Assembly: GCA_951406725.2 (NCBI GenBank)
Contig: OX597824.1
Span: 30,318,001 to 30,382,000, forward strand
Direction: 5' to 3'
DNA length: 64,000 nt
From: Octopus vulgaris
Lineage: Eukaryota
Below the pieces are notes generated by a model. That model did not search any database. It was not told where the DNA came from and saw nothing but the letters and a program-made list of their open reading frames with translations. How positions within the stretch are numbered: position 1 is the first letter of the stretch; the number at the start of each line of letters is the position of its first letter. The position numbers and the translations under genes were made by a program. Positions 50,121-62,580 of the stretch are shown here, in pieces.

Positions 50121-53100
50121 GTTTAACTCAGCTCCACATGACTAAGCTTTGTGAGCGTATAGGACATATCCATTTCATTATTTGATAAGATTGAAGAGAT
50201 GGGCTTTAAGTATTGTGGAATTGAGTCAAACTGTTTTTAAAAATATATGTAACTCCTAAAAAACATGTTGACTGCTACTCTCTTTCTTTCTTTCATTTGT
50301 TCGCAAGCTTGTGTGTGTATGTGATTAGAGAAAGAATTCTTTATCAGTGAACATTTATTCAACTGCTGAAAACAAATTAGGATGGTTTGATTGGTAACAT
50401 ACCAGAGACAATTCTAAGTAGATCAAGTGAATTGTGTGGGTTGGGGGTGGGTTACAGAAAGGCAAGAGTGAAAATAGCTGGAAACAACAATAACAGGAAT
50501 AAATGAAAAGAAAAAAAAGAAAAATACAAGAGAAAAATAGAACTGAGAAGAATAAAAACCCATGAATTTTGGTAGTCTTGTTTCACCATTTATTTATATT
50601 GGCAACTTTATTGTTTCATTGTTTTAATTAGTGAGTTTGTGTGATGAGAAATGAGAAATCATAAATACCTCAAGATTTATTTGCACAGAAATTAGCTGAA
50701 TAAATGAATAAACTGTTAATTAATGAGTCCTGCTGTCACCATTTCCAGTTTAATCACTCATGAACATGGAAATAAATAGATTATATTCATTTGACTCCTT
50801 GAGTGCCAGAAAAGCAAAAAGAATATACAGACACGTTTTTATGTAACTCAGAATTATATATTATAATATATAATATATAATTCAATATATAACTTTATAT
50901 TGTAATATACATAGACATTTCAATAATGCTCATAATTTTTAATATTTATTATACAATATGTAGCTTCTGCTTTTCGACAGCAGAATGAGGTGGGTTATAT
51001 GAGAAGAGTAACAAAAATTGTATTATTATGACATTATTAGAGAAATATATTTATTTCTTTTTTAATTCAATGACATTCACAATTTACAGTAGGCAGGTGC
51101 TGACAAAAACAAACAAAAAAAAAAACAGGGTTTTCATCAAATAGTCTATAAAAGCAACATCAAGATTCTTTGGTACAACAATAGGCTAATTAATGATGAT
51201 TTGGTTTGTCTTCCATTTTTTTTCTATTTATTTCATTACAATTGTTTTTTCATTAAGTGTTTTTTTTTTTTATTGTTGGAGGTCCTGTTAGTATAATTAG
51301 TAACCAAGTTGCTGCAGCTTTGTTCTCCAGGTGTGAAAACATTTTAGACATATTTATTTATTTAAAAATGAGAAAGAGATGTTACACACACACACAAACA
51401 CACACACATAGATTTGCAAACACGAAAAGACAACCCTGAGTTCATTTGACACACTTGTATTTGTAAAAATAAAACAAAATATTGAAGTGGCATCAAATCA
51501 TTGGAGGAAGAGAGGGTTTATTTTTGCTATGTAGTTCTTTTACCTATATTTATTAAACATCTATTCACTGTGGAATATGTTGAAAGTACTTCAAAATGAA
51601 ATATTCAAATTAACCAAAGGTAAGTTGTACATATGGAGAATCTATAGAAAGGTAAACAATATAATACCATGGAAAATGGATAGCTTTTGCACCAAAAAAT
51701 TAAATTAAAATTTCTAACTTAGCCAAGAAAATATCTTTGAATGTGAAAGGGAATACAGAAATTTATAAATAGCTATTTATTTATCCCATAAAGAAGCCTA
51801 ATATAACAATAAATAAATGCTTCTAGATTTTTTCTCAGTTTTTAATAAGTTCCCATCCATAATAGGTAAAGCTAAAAAAACCCAGTTGAAAAAAGTTCAA
51901 ATTTTCAATTATTTGTAATCCCATTTTAAAATGAGTATTAATTGGTCTATATTTATTGATTTCATCATTTATCCCAGTAAATCATTTGATACCCAGAAAC
52001 ATGAACAGTTGAATGTCCATATCATTTCAATATTGAATTATTTAATTCCCATTAAATTTTGATATTAAATCCAATTCTGTATATTGTTCAATTTACCATA
52101 ATTTTTATGCTTAAATGTCTGAGATGAGTTGTTAATGAGGTTATAATTGTTGAGATATCTGACATGGAAAAACAAAATGAAAAGAAAACATTTTATGTTT
52201 AGGTTTTGAAGTCTTATACTGAAATATCAATTCCATGTTGAAATATTCAAGTGGAGAAACTCATTAAATTCTGCTTCAGCAGAAACAAATAAGGAGGAAG
52301 ATACAAAATAAAAGAATTGATAATAGTTTGCTTGATAAATGACCTTTTAATCTGATATATTTAAAGCTAGCTGTAACATTATTTTTAAAGTATCAACAAA
52401 AGAGAGGCAGTGACTGTGGTTAGGATTGACCCATCAATAACTTTAATATCAAAAAAAAAAAAAAAAAAAGAACAGTTGTTGCTATATATTTTCCTTACTA
52501 GTTTCAAAAATAAATTTAAAAAACAGATTTTCTGTTTTAATCAATCAATAAGGAAAAACCAAAATTAATGGTAAGAAGGTAGACCTTTTAGTACTAGCCG
52601 TCCAATAATATTGGTAAATGTGTGTTGAAATGGATAGATTAATATAGTAAAAGAAAGAAGTGTATAGTTTGGAGTTGTGACCAAAAGATAAAAGAGACAC
52701 ACATAGGTATTGCATTACCACTGTAAGCTAATCACACAATTTGCCTTGAAACACCTGAATGGAATAGTTTAGAGTTAGGAAGAGTGGCTCTTCACATTAA
52801 TACATGTTGCAATCCATGTAGCAGGAAATGAAAATTTGAAGATTGGAATGATATGGAGAGACAATTGGGACAAGAATTGTTTTTTGGAGGGTGGGGGGGT
52901 GGGGGTTGTTTAACAAGGAATAAACTAGATTGACTTGATTTGACTTTACATAATTAATACAAAGCATAACTATTCCCCAAAATATTCCCTTATACACCCA
53001 TGACTATTTATTTGCAGAAACTAATCATTTCCATACTTCTATCAAATATTGACTACAAGATAGTTTTTCTGCAAGACTGAACTGTTTACCAGAGTTTAAA

Positions 53101-56092
53101 ATAGCTTTAGACATACTCACATATGCATCTAAATTCCCCTTTAATATGCAGTTTAGCTAGGGGGGTTTTAACTAGTTCATTAACTTTCCTTAGTCAACAT
53201 CAGGAGCCAGTTAAAATTTCAATAAGCATGAGCTTCCTTATAAACAGTCACTTTGGTGAATATGGAAAGCAAAATGGTCATTAAAGTAGAAATCTTAGAA
53301 TCATCATCAAAGATAAGATATTCACTTCAAATGATTTGAGCACTCTTGCAGGGAAATTCAACACACACACACACACATACATACACACACAAAATGCAAA
53401 GAAAGAAATCTGAAAAATTTAACAATTCTATCATTAATTCAGGATTGATTCCATCATTCATAATGACACAGATTTCAATCTGAAGAGATGATGGGCTCAG
53501 ACAAAGACATGAATTTTACTCACTTAATAGTAATCCTAATGTAGTTAATTAGGTATTAATACCTAAGTTGCACTGGCCAAATTATTATGGGCAATATTTT
53601 GAAATGTATGTGAGAACTTCAAGTTTATTTAAAATAATGTCCACTGATTTTAATTTAATTCTTTTACATTAAATTATACCATATGTGAACAACTTTCATT
53701 AATTTTGAATGAATTAACAAAGAATGAAAAGAAAGAAAAAAAATTTGGAAATGACCTGGCAGACAGATTATTCCTTGGAAAGTTTGCAGCTATAATCTTA
53801 AATAATCTGTTTTTGCTGCAGTTAAAACAAAACTGAAATCATAATTTAACACAACTGTCAGTTTCAATACGTTAAAAAAAAAACAAAAAAAAACATGCAT
53901 ATGAAATAAAACAAAACAAACAAAAAGCAAAACCATCATGTCCTTCTTCATTTCTTCAGCTGTTTTCTTTGCCTGCACTAAAATATCTCCCTGTTTTCAG
54001 ACAATTTTCTTCACCTACACAGATATCTCATACCAGTGAGAAGGTCTCCGCAATACAAAGACCTTTGTTACTAGCCTAACTGTGCTAGGATTTGATCCTT
54101 CTGTCTTGAAAGAGCACAGAACAACAGGAACCTATAACATTCCTCTCTCTCTCTCACTCTCGCTCTCTTTCTCTCTCTCTCCACAACTGAGTATTTTCAT
54201 GAAGCCCCTATTAAAATAATAAGGTCTTGTTTTAAGAAATCAAGACATCAATTGAATCATCACATGTTAGGCTGCATTGAAATGGAATTGATTTAGATAA
54301 TTTGCTATTAAAATTCCAGTTAATTTTATATCACATACAAAGACGGAATGCAAATTCAATTGTAGTAACAGTAGCGGTCATCAACTTATCACTTGGTGGA
54401 GATGTAAGAAACTAGTTTCACCTGATAGTAACTAGTCTTCCTCCCCCATTGAGAGATATAAAGAACTAGTTTTAACTGAGAGAAACAATTTTTTATATAA
54501 TGCTATTTATTAGAAATATCAAATAGTATCATCATATATTGCTGTAAAATATTAACAGACGGTGGCAAAGTAATCAGTATTTTTAATATATCAATGTTAT
54601 TTGGTTATAATCAATTCAAAGTAGCTGGAACTGTGTATGTGTGTGTGTATGTATGAATAGAACCCATTAAGTTAAGGAATCAGCAGTTATTGATACTAAA
54701 TATAATGGTATTTTCTCAATAAACTGTGGGTACAGGTGATCTCCCTTAGCGGACATTAATACAAGGGAGATAAGAGCATAGAATCACGGGGACCCCAACC
54801 CTTTTAAAATTTACAAGTCTGCTATCTACATAAGATGGAAATTTAACCAGAGCAAGAATCACATAGAAGCTGAACACTGAGAGAGTATCAATAGATAAAG
54901 AACTCTATTTACCTAAAAATTAAGTCAACACAGTAACAGATTGAAACATAGCACATTAAATAAATGTAAAACACCACACAGAGTATTCATAACATTACAA
55001 AGTACTGGTTTATAACATCACACAGTACAACGATGCTGAAGCAGAGTACAAACATTAATAATTTATGAACAATCAGGAACAGTAACAGATATAGTTGATT
55101 TACTGTGATTGGTTGTCATTGCTGGTTGATTGGTTGTGATTTGTTAAGTTGTGATTATTAGTTTGGTTGGTTGCGTATTTGGTTGGTAGGTAAGTTGGTC
55201 TGTATATTTGATTATTTGGTTGGGTGTTTGCTTGGTTGTAATGGATTTATTGTTTTTTTTTTTCTTTTTTAAATAAAATTAAACTGATAATTTCAATGAA
55301 GTTTCATTTTCCTCAAACCTTATGTCAGGTGCAGGATGGTATATAAAGTGTGCTTTGACATGACAGAAAACTCGTCAGAACTTAGGTCCAGCTGTCACAG
55401 AAGGAAGAGGTTTGACTAAAATCACAAAATGTTACAATGTACTACATTATGAGGTCTGACTATGAATGCAGTGATGTACCTCATAGAATAGAACAAAATA
55501 AATAACATTTTTGAGGAAACCTGTTCTGACTGGAGGGTAAAGGAGGAAGTGCCGCTGGTAAATTAGGATAGGAGTATTGTTGTTGGTAGTTCTGCAATGG
55601 CAAGTGCAAGCTGTTGAGTGAAAAAAAAAAACCCAACAGTGGGTGACATACGGATGCTGGCGGTTGGTGTATCAATAAGAAACATAGTACAAAGGTTGCA
55701 CATCCAACTCCAGGCTACTGGCAGGGTAGTTGGAAATGGTTTGCAAGCTGCTACTGGGATAATTTAATAGACATGTGGGTGGGTAAATGATTTGGTGAGC
55801 AGGCTGATAGGTAGGTAGGTAAGTAGGTAGGTAGGTAGGTAGGTAGGTTTAAGGTAAGTAGATAGATATTTTGCTGACTGTCAAAATATCATTTTGACCA
55901 AAGTTGGCTGAAAGATTTGCTGTCATGGCTGAACAGAGAGAACCACCTAATAACTAGGTGAAGAAGTAAAGAGTAGCCCATTTGCTTGGATTCCTTCATC
56001 TGTGAGTTTCTATCCAATAGGCTTCAATTTATGAATGGCTTATCAGTAACATATCCAGATCATATACTCCCACACTGGTTGTACTATGAGTC

Positions 56093-56169
56093 TTACTTTT
56101 GTACATGAACACCTTGGAATCCGTGACAACCCAGCTGGGTTTCTTCAAACGCTTTTATTCCTTCTTTCC
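56093..56169 (-). CDS. RIPOR: RIPOR/FAM65-family protein, terminal coding exon: (G)KEGIKAFEETQLGCHGFQGVHVQK*
   Basis: Acceptor tttattgcag|GG, phase 1, TAA at 56093-56095. Continues LFSL-G, resembling vertebrate RIPOR LLSLGEDGRLAYE. Confidence 0.82.
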
Positions 56170-56547
56170 CTGCAATAAATAAATAAATATAAATTAATCA
56201 AATTAAAATAAGCAATTAAAACAATTACTCATACAAAAATGTTACTTGATATAATAGGTATAGTATATCAAACGCATTAACATTAATTAATACATAATTT
56301 CATTGCTTTTCACACATTACAATGAAAACTATTTTCAAGTATATTATTAATGTTTATGAAATATTTTAGCAATATATTAATTAAATTTCTTACTAATAAT
56401 AGATGCATATATGCACACAGAAAGAACATCTTTATTTCACTTAACCTCTTATGTGGTCATATGAGTTTGTGTGCATGCATGTAAATGTTAAAGATACAGA
56501 TGCCAATCATAAGACTGAATGATATAAGATGACTAAAAGAAAACTCT

Positions 56548-56892
56548 GGCACTTGTGCCCGTGCTAGTAGGGTGCCGCTGGCACATAAAAGGGCACCATT
56601 CGAGCGTGATCGTTACCAGCATCGCCTTACTGGCACCTGTGCCAGTGGCATGTGTAAAAAGATTTGAGCGAGGTCATTGCCAGTACCGCTTGACCGGTCT
56701 CCGTGCCGGTGGCACATAAAAAGCACCCACTACACTCTTGGAGTGGTTGGTGTTAGGAAGGGCATCCAGCTGTAGAAACTCTGCCAGATCAAGATTGGAG
56801 CCTGGTGCAGCCATCTAGTTCGCCAGCCCTCAGTCAAAATCGTCCAACCCATGCTAGCATGGAAAGCCGACGTTAAACGATGACGATGATGA
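56548..56892 (+). mobile_element. Solo RTE 3'-end fragment
   Basis: GTGCCGGTGGCAC repeat units, GTTAGGAAGGGCATCCAGCTGTAGAAAC and a (GAT)n tail. Confidence 0.82.
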
Positions 56893-57210
56893 AATCAGAG
56901 TATTAACCTCAATTTTTTTAATGTGAATTGAAGTGCTGGGTTCAACAATGGTGCAGATACACCATGTATGATGGAGATTACAATGAGAAATGTTTCATGT
57001 ACAGGTATAAGTTAATCTACTGGCAAACTGAATTTGAATGATCTATGCCAGTTAATAAAAGAATTATACCCACATTTGCATTACTTCTGAGATAACCCTT
57101 TTATATGGATAGCAGACATTAAATTACAATGATACACACACAGGTACATAATGTATATACATATGGGATAATTAGATATTTTTATATGAAAAGAAAAACA
57201 CAAATCATAC

Positions 57211-57304
57211 CTAGAGAGAAGAGAGCATCTTTGAGATATACTTTAACTAATGAAGAGGAGTCTGTCTGACACAGGAACACAAGCTGTTGAATACTTTCAG
57301 TTGC
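57211..57304 (-). CDS. RIPOR: RIPOR/FAM65-family exon: ATESIQQLVFLCQTDSSSLVKVYLKDALFSL(G)
   Basis: Acceptor catcaacag|GCA, donor TAG|gtatga, 94 nt. Matches from memory the RIPOR2 C-terminus ATESIKMLVTLCQSD...LLSLG. Confidence 0.88.
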
Positions 57305-57579
57305 CTGTTGATGAAATATCAATAAAAGTAAGACAAATAAACATGTCAATCAATGAGTAAGAAGTTGCAGATAATTTACATAGAACTTATTGAACATGAA
57401 TATTGACACTGTACACTTTTTTATACTTAAGCGAAATAAAATTTTTTAAAAGTTCAAGAGACAAATATTGTGATGTAGTAATAATGAACAAATACAGACA
57501 TAATATAAGTTATTTTTAAAAATTTTATGAAAAACCTATTTTCATTAGACAGATATTTGTCCTCATCTTGTTTGTTGTT

Positions 57580-57625
57580 AACACAACGTTTCGGCTGATA
57601 TACCCACCAGCCTTCATCAGGTATC
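57580..57625 (-). ncRNA. Minimal type I hammerhead ribozyme
   Basis: Minus strand reads GAUAC-CUGAUGA-A-GGCUG(guggguauau)CAGCC-GAAAC-GUU/GUGUU. Both conserved boxes are intact, stem II is 5 bp, stem I is GAUAC:GUGUU, and palindromic AACGUU stands in place of stem III. Confidence 0.72.
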
Positions 57626-57863
57626 TTGGGGAAATTTCAAACCTGGGTTCTCATTCCTAAGGTATTTTTCGATGTTATTGTTATCATTATTATTATTATT
57701 CAGGTCACTGCCTGGAATCAAACTCAGAATCTTGGGATTAGTAGCACGGGTTACTAACCCCAAGATTCCGAGTTCAATTCCAGGCAATGACCTGAATAAT
57801 AATAATAATAACAACATAGTAAAATACCTTAGGAATGAGAACCCAGGTTCGAAATTTCCCCAA

Positions 57864-57906
57864 GACACCTGATGAAGGCTGGAGGGTATATCAGCCGAAA
57901 CATGTT
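57864..57906 (+). ncRNA. Second hammerhead core on the opposite strand (cleavage-site region altered)
   Basis: GACAC-CTGATGA-AGGCTG-GAGGGTATAT-CAGCC-GAAAC-ATGTT. Confidence 0.55.
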
Positions 57907-58019
57907 AAACGATAAACAAGATGAGGACAAATAGCCATCAAATGTAAATAATGTACATATTTCCTCATCTCTTAAATATAGAACTGTATAAAAAAAACTT
58001 ATTTTCAAATACCAGTATA

Positions 58020-59750
58020 ATGGAGTCATTTGTCTCACAAGAAGATTTCAATGCACATGTTGGCACTGATCATTGAACTTGGAAAGGAGTGATTGGGAAA
58101 AACAGCACTACTGAACTCAATGGAATGGAGGGGTCTTACTAGACTTCTATGCTGGAAACGAGCTCTCTATCATAAACGTCTCTTTCCAACACAGTGATAT
58201 CCATAAGTATAACTGATATAGGGATAAGAGGTCACTGACAAATTTTGTTATTGCTCAGATGTCTTTGATTCTGAGCTGGTTGTTCATGTAAAGAGAGAGG
58301 CTAAGCTATCAACTGATCACTACCCAGTTATCAGCAACCTGAAAATATCTACAAGGGGAACTCACAAAACTGCAAAACTGTTCAGGGTGACTAACAGGAT
58401 AAAGTGGGAAGCCCCAAGGGATGATGGAATAAGAAACAAATATGTAGATACTATTGCATCCAAATTTAGAAACCTTCCAGAACAAACTGAAGATGTCAAA
58501 ATGGAATGGAAATTGTTCTGTTTGACAGTTTCTTCTTTGGCTATGCAATACTATGAACAAAAGTGGCTCAGTGTGGTGCCAGGTGGTAAAAGAACATCTT
58601 AGTCTAACCAGGAAGTTATAGATGCCATTTGAGGAAATAAGGTGGCTTAAAAAGCTCAGCTTAGAAATAAGTTTCCCTTTCTGCATATATAATACACTGA
58701 GGCATGAAAAGTTGCAATGGAAACAGTAAAAGCACCCAAAGCTAAATTTTGGGAGGATTTTGCAGGTAAGTTGGGCTCTGACTTTAGATTGACCAATAAA
58801 ATATTCTGGCAGAGCATCCATCAACTTCCTAACAAGAAGTCCTCTTCCATACTTGGCTAGGGTTCCTCTTTCTACATGGTGTTCAGTCGAAATTTTTCAA
58901 TGTAGGTGTTCGACTTTGGCAGGGGTGCATATTATCACCTCTACTTTTTTATAATTTCCATGAACTGGATCAACATGCAGCCAATGTAGAAGTGGCATTA
59001 TAATCAGTGGGTGTAGGATCAGTCAGCTGATATTTGTAGATGATGTGGTGCTACTTGGTTCACCAGACAGTGATCTTCTGCATGCACTGAATGGGTTTGC
59101 TGCCAAGTTCTGCAAGGCAGGGAAGCAAATTAGTGTTGCAAAGACTGACACATTAGCCATCTGAAGAAAGTTTTCCCAAGTGCACTCTGCATGATAGTAG
59201 AACATCTTTGAAGCAAGTGGAGAAGTTTAAGTACTTCAGGGGCATAGTCACAACTGATGGGAAGCAAGAGGCTACACTGGATGCTAGAATTGCAGGTGCT
59301 GGCACAGTAAAGGCTCATCCTCATCTATGGTCATAAATGCTGGGATGTGATCAAAAGAGTGCAACTGTGACTGCAAGTGGCCGAATGGGATTCCTCCGAA
59401 GGATCTCTGAAATAATGTTACATGACAAGGTGCACAGCTTAGAGATCAGGGAGTCTCTCTAGGTTGAGCCACTACCTCTCCACATTGATAGATCACAGCT
59501 CTGTTAGTACTATGGACATCTGATTAAAATGTTGCAGGAAAGAATCACAAGGCCATCTTCAAACTGAGCTGTCAGGTAACCAGGTGGTTGGATAATATCC
59601 ATAGGCTCAGTTGGTAATACTTGGGGATCCGACCAAAAAGGACAATGACAGTTGCTTCTGAAAGGATCCTACAGAGCAAGTGCTTGAAAAAACTACCCTT
59701 ATGACCCTTCTCAAAAATAGTGGGCAAAGAAAATGGATAGATGGATGGAG
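58020..59750 (+). mobile_element. Old RTE-like LINE of a different family, internally deleted
   Basis: APE endonuclease remnants (DFNAHVG, STDH), RT remnants (QGCILSP, FVDD, FKY) and a (GATG)n tail at ~59733-59748. Confidence 0.75.
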
Positions 59751-59912
59751 TATAACAGAGATATTATAAAAAGATTCTTTAATATATTTACATGAAATTT
59801 ATAATCATTACTTATGTAGCAACAACAGTAACAACAACAATGAAAGAAAAAGTGTGATATCTGTGTGCATGAGATATTAACAAAAATGACAGTGAAGTTA
59901 AAGTCTATTTAC

Positions 59913-59996
59913 CCGTAAGAGAGATAATGCAACAGCTGCTCCTGCCCGAACTTCAGCAGTTTGGTCTTCTAAAGCTTCAACATATACCACCAGTGA
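59913..59996 (-). CDS. RIPOR: RIPOR/FAM65-family exon (HEAT-like): SLVVYVEALEDQTAEVRAGAAVALSLLR
   Basis: Acceptor tcattccag|TCA, donor CGG|gtaaat, 84 nt, phase 0/0; HEAT-repeat pattern L.D....VR..AA.AL. Confidence 0.88.
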
Positions 59997-61255
59997 CTGG
60001 AATGATAAAGGAATATGAACTTAATGATTCAGATTATCAAAAGCATGATGGCTCAATGGTTAGATAATGGATGACAGGTCAATAGTGAAGAGTTCTTATT
60101 TTAAAATAAACACCGAACTCGCCAAAAAATAGGCAACAAACATCCATATATAGAGTATATACATAGGCACACCTAGCTGCTCCACCAACAATACCACTGA
60201 TTAGATGTTCGCATAAGTATCTTGTTAGGAAATACTTGCATTAACAATGTTAGAGAACAATAATTTTCTAATTGATTAATTTTGGTCAAAAAAGGGCAGA
60301 TGAAGACAGATTTCAATTACAATGAGTTAAATATGGAATGGAGTAGTATGTGAGTTTGATCTTTAGCAGTGTTGTAACAATTTTGGGCATGTTTCAGTCT
60401 TATTGGGCCTCCTTAAAAGAGCCTAGCCTAACCTTTGAACTGAAAAAACTTAGATAATTAGAGAAGTATATGGAATTTAATGAATGATCACAGAATGGCA
60501 TCATAAATTAAAAGAATGACAGGGAAAAGAATGATAGCATACTTGCTGTAAGTAAAATTACGCAATAATAAAAACAACTGTTTTGTAAATGAGTGATTCT
60601 GGTGAAAAAAGGACAGAGAAAAATTCCTTATGGAATGCAGTGGAATGTGAGTTTGATTTTTAACAGTAGAGTGGCAATGCCAAGCCTATTTTTGTAGTAC
60701 TGAATCTCCTCAACAAAGTATAGTCTAATTGTTACTGGAGCACTTGGAATAACTAGAGACACAGCAATGTAATCTCCAACCATTTCACCGTCAACCAGTA
60801 TTATCTTTAAGTTCACAACATAGTGTTAAAAGTTTGTGTTAAGCCAGTACCTCTTTCATTACCCTAGTCCTCTGCCCCTACTATTAACATTGCACTGCCA
60901 TAAACCAACAAAATTGTGATCCATTGATATAAGTCAAATATTCACAAAATGTAATTATTCACAGAGATGCAAACGTGGAAGTATAATAGGTTTCAAATTT
61001 TGGTACAGAGCCAGCAATTTGCAGGTGGGAATAAGTTGATTATATCAACCCCAGTATTCAACTGGTACTTATTTTATCAACCCCTGAAAGGATGAACAGT
61101 AAAGTCAACCCCAGAGGCATTTGATCTCAGATCATAAAGACAGATGAAATGAACAGATTTTCAAATACTGCTAATAAACTTCAAGGGGAAAAAAAAATAT
61201 AAGTAAATGAAAAATAAGAAGAAAAACATCTAACATACAAGTCTGGAATACAAAC

Positions 61256-61302
61256 CTTATCACGAGAAAGGCGGCTTTGCTGGAGATTACGTAAGTAGGA
61301 TG
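61256..61302 (-). CDS. RIPOR: RIPOR/FAM65-family small exon: (A)SYLRNLQQSRLSRDK
   Basis: Acceptor cattctttcag|CA, donor AAG|gtttgt. At 47 nt it converts phase 1 to phase 0, as the neighbouring exons require. Confidence 0.8.
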
Positions 61303-62430
61303 CTGAAAGAATGGAAAGAGAGTAAAATGAAGTAATAAGTAATGTCAAAATTAAAAAACTGATGAAATCTGAAAATTTTATTAGCGTGCATCAAAATAAG
61401 AGATCAGAAATTTGTGAGATGAGTGAGGTTGGTTTAACATGGCTAACTGATCCTTCAGTACCCAGTGGTATTCACTCAGCAAATATTCAGACTGGATTTC
61501 CCTTGCACATTCTTTCTCTATTGATATTTTATTCTCCGCTGTTGTTTAAATTGGACATTAGCCACATCAATTTGAGGAGTAGGGTTCAAAGAGCAAGGGT
61601 ACTGCCTCTCTTCCCATGACAGAATGTGTGTTGTTTCAACAGTTGCATGTTAGGGTATGACAGGAAAGTATAAAGGGAAGTAAGTGGTATTCCTCAGAAA
61701 CTCTAATTTACATAAATTTAGAAGTGGGATTAGAAGAGACCAATACAGTAAAGATGGTCAGAAGTAGAGAGGTAAATAGTAAAGGATAAGAACAAAGTGG
61801 AAATGGGATACATTCAGCAAGATTTTAAATAGCAGGAAAAAAATGTCTATTACATTAGCAATAGAAGTGAAAACCTGACAAATTAGAGAGCAGAACTCTA
61901 CAGCACGACACATAATGGACACATAACAAATACATATTCACATATATTTTTAAAAAACTGTTTTTTTCACAAGAGTTAAGAAAAAGCAGTTATAAGTCAG
62001 AAATGATACAAGGCGTATACTTCTCTAAATTAAGTAAGAAAAATTAGAGCATTTTTGAATTACATCTCTTTTTCCATACTTGCATGGCTTGGTTAATTTT
62101 TGGTGCTGTTACTTGAAAAAGCTTTTTCTTTTCACAGCTAACAACTCAACCATAGAGTGAAACTTTTTTTCCTTCTGCTTGGTCAGTCAAGCAAACAGAT
62201 TTAGGTGCTTTGCTGAAGGGTAGAGCACAATGACACAAGTAGTCCAGTACCTCAATCTAGATGTCACTGAGTTTCTTTGTGTTTATATCTATATTATATC
62301 ACATAATATAGTATGTTGCATTATGTTATCAGCATATACACTCATAAGTGAAAATTTGGAGGGATAAAATTAACAAGATAATTCTTCATTTCAAACACTC
62401 GTAGTTAGAATTTAATCCAACATTACTTAC

Positions 62431-62580
62431 CAGTAGCTTGCCTGATATCTTGGTTATCACAGATGAGCAGAGTTCCAAGGACTTTCAGACAGAAGGCAGG
62501 TGCAACGCTACCATGAAGTCTTTCTATACAATTAATGGCAATTTCAGCATTACCTGAACACAGTTTATCACTGATAGAAA
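62431..62580 (-). CDS. RIPOR: RIPOR/FAM65-family exon: SISDKLCSGNAEIAINCIERLHGSVAPAFCLKVLGTLLICDNQDIRQAT; upstream exons lie beyond the window
   Basis: Acceptor ttattttcag|TT, donor CTG|gtaagt, 150 nt, phase 1/1. Within ORF 62423..62707. Confidence 0.82.

Larger units (their letters stand above)
57553..57933. mobile_element. Head-to-head palindrome of the Penelope-like terminal repeat (~190-bp arms, ~4-nt loop)
   Basis: 57553-57745 is the reverse complement of 57750-57933, and both arms are homologous to 25545-25680. Confidence 0.88.
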
